Virus record (IMG/VR): IMGVR_UViG_3300046713_000242 | Coordinates: 1-53,907 of that record | Direction: 5' to 3' (one strand) | DNA length: 53,907 bases | Source: a virus | Taxonomy: Duplodnaviria > Caudoviricetes | Shown: in pieces, positions 52,198-53,907 of the stretch | How the letters are laid out: the number at the start of each line of letters is the position of its first letter | How positions within the stretch are numbered: position 1 is the first letter of the stretch | The notes under the pieces: generated by a model | Seen by the model: the letters and a program-made list of their open reading frames with translations, nothing else | Told to the model about the DNA's origin: nothing | Database searches by the model: none | Translations under genes and position numbers: made by a program

Positions 52198-52225
52198 GCC
52201 GCGCACCATACCGCTGGGCCGCATG

Positions 52226-52291
52226 AAAAAAAACCGGCCAGGGTCCCCCCCGGTCTTCCGCGCGAAGCCATTACGGGTAAGACCCTGGCCG
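52226..52291 (-). terminator. Terminator after the MCP
   Basis: CGGCCAGGGTC...GACCCTGGCCG followed by T8. Confidence 0.75.
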
Positions 52292-52368
52292 TGCCAGCGG
52301 TGACGGGCGCGTCACGAGAGCGAAGGACATCCCCCCCGCTTCGCGCACGCCACCGCGTGCGCCTTGGG

Positions 52369-53748
52369 TTAGCCCGCGTGCTCGATAACCAGCGCGCGCT
52401 TGAACATCGCGCCGTTGCCGGAAAGCAAGTCCGTGGGCACCGCGAATCCGCCCGACCACGACCACGCGTGATCGACGATCTGCTGCAGCACATCGAGCGG
52501 CGCGCGGATGGTGTACCGAATGCGATCGGTCAGCACCGTCACGCCGTTGTTCGTCACCTGGAAGTTGCCCACCTTGCCCATGATCCCTGCCTCGGTGATG
52601 TAGTCGGACTCGGGGATGTAGTGCTCGTAGATCGAGCCACCACCCGTGATGATCGTGCGGCCGATCGGCGTGCCGCCGTCGTTGATGACTTCCGCGCCGA
52701 TGTACGGGGCCGCGCGCGCGCTGCCCGAGGGCTCAGCGAACAGGGTCCCGACGTTGAACTGATTCGGGCACTCCGTGTTGCTGTAGAAGTAGCAAGCGAA
52801 GTTGGCGCCGATGGCCATCGACCGGTAGGGCATCGCGTCCGGGATCGATTGGTAGATGCGCTGCCATGCGTTGTCCTGCATGAGCTGCGCCTCACCCGCT
52901 TGCGGGATATGCACGTGATACATGCCGTCCGCGTGCGGGGGCACGTTCTGCGAGCGCAGCAGCGCCACCGCCTGGGTGATGTCGTTGAGCGTGAGCAGCG
53001 AAGTGCCCGAGAGCGCGTCCACCGTCGCCACGTTGCCGGCGCGCAGGATGCGCGCGCGCTGAAGTGCGCGCACGCGCGAGCGCGCCGCCAAGTTGGCGCC
53101 CAGGTTCGCAGACAGGGTCAGCGTGCCGGGGCCGTTCGGGAAGTCGGTGTTGTCGGGAGTCGCCGCCACCACGTTGGCCGCGATATTGGTGTTTCCGAGC
53201 TCGACCGCGATGGGGGCCGCGGGCGAGACGGGCACCAGCTGGCCGAGCAGCACGCGCTGCCGGAAGCCGTTGATGCTCGCGACCCGGATCGCTGCCGTGC
53301 CGCTGCTGGCCAGCACCATCGACATGGTGTCGCCAGACAGATAGGCGGTGAAGAGCTCGTTCCGCGTGACGCGGTTCATGGTGTCGCCCGCGAGCTCGCC
53401 CAGCTTCTGGGTGTCCTGCGAGAACTTGCTGGCGATCTGCACGCGGCTCTGCGGCATGTAGGTCTGCATGCCGTCGCCGCGCTGCACGGCCTCGACGCGC
53501 CATTGCTCCGTGCCGTAGGTGCGTACCGTCGGGTCCTGGCCGGGCGTGAGCGGCGTCATGTTGGGTTCCATGCGGCCCGTACGCGTGAAGATCTGCGCTT
53601 CGCCGATGTTGGCCGCCCAGCGGAAGGACTCGACGTCGGCGCGGAAGAGCAGCCGCGGGTAGAGCGCTTCGTAAAACGTACGCACCAGGGCGTTCTGCTG
53701 GATGATATTCGCGAGCTCGGGTCGAAACCCTACGAGTGAAACAGTCAT
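52369..53748 (-). CDS. Major capsid protein (N4-gp56-like by appearance)
   Basis: 459 aa; LRSQNVPP...YHVHIP, PLDVLQQIV..AW motifs; flanked by terminators at the head of the structural block. Confidence 0.85.
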   Translation of the reverse strand: MTVSLVGFRPELANIIQQNALVRTFYEALYPRLLFRADVESFRWAANIGEAQIFTRTGRMEPNMTPLTPGQDPTVRTYGTEQWRVEAVQRGDGMQTYMPQSRVQIASKFSQDTQKLGELAGDTMNRVTRNELFTAYLSGDTMSMVLASSGTAAIRVASINGFRQRVLLGQLVPVSPAAPIAVELGNTNIAANVVAATPDNTDFPNGPGTLTLSANLGANLAARSRVRALQRARILRAGNVATVDALSGTSLLTLNDITQAVALLRSQNVPPHADGMYHVHIPQAGEAQLMQDNAWQRIYQSIPDAMPYRSMAIGANFACYFYSNTECPNQFNVGTLFAEPSGSARAAPYIGAEVINDGGTPIGRTIITGGGSIYEHYIPESDYITEAGIMGKVGNFQVTNNGVTVLTDRIRYTIRAPLDVLQQIVDHAWSWSGGFAVPTDLLSGNGAMFKRALVIEHAG

Positions 53749-53869
53749 GGGAAAAGGCCTCCGAAAAATCGGTGGGGTTCTTCCCGCCTGTTCGCCCGTT
53801 GACCGCTCGGCGTCGCGTGGTGGCGGTGCCGCGAAGTGGTGCGGCTATGTTTGTGTCGCAAGTATGATC

Positions 53870-53907
53870 AAAAAAAACGGGCCGCGTGAAGGTTTTTCAC
53901 GCGGCCC
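53870..53907 (-). terminator. Intrinsic terminator upstream of the MCP
   Basis: GGGCCGCGTGAA-N4-TTCACGCGGCCC then G and T8 on the minus strand. Confidence 0.8.

Overview
This window is a large piece of a high-GC tailed dsDNA phage or prophage with a contractile (myovirus-type) tail, and most genes lie on the minus strand. From right to left it carries the major capsid protein, neck genes, sheath, tube, tail chaperones with a -1 frameshift site, tape measure, baseplate and fibre-like genes, and a lysis cassette. Next come a plus-strand recombination operon (ERF-like and RecE/ExoVIII-like) divergent from a Cro-like HTH gene, a beta-class DNA methyltransferase, a replication initiator with internal iterons, a RusA-like resolvase and a SleB-like hydrolase. 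Further left are terS and terL separated by about 7.5 kb of accessory genes, a HerA/DUF87-like ATPase operon, and tandem paralogous lectin-like genes at the left edge. I saw no portal, integrase, tRNA, CRISPR array or reverse transcriptase. The most notable observations are: (1) a 74-76 bp promoter/operator/leader-hairpin cassette in three dispersed copies, each in front of an unrelated small orphan gene, with an HTH gene in the third operon (a candidate Acr/Aca-like regulon); (2) a clan-CD (caspase-fold) His-Cys peptidase in the endolysin slot next to the holin; (3) three candidate non-coding RNAs; (4) a HigA-like protein with its HTH deleted; (5) a Tad1-like protein plus other candidate nucleotide sponges; and (6) a recurring leaderless promoter pattern. 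All family calls come from motif recognition by eye, not from database searches.
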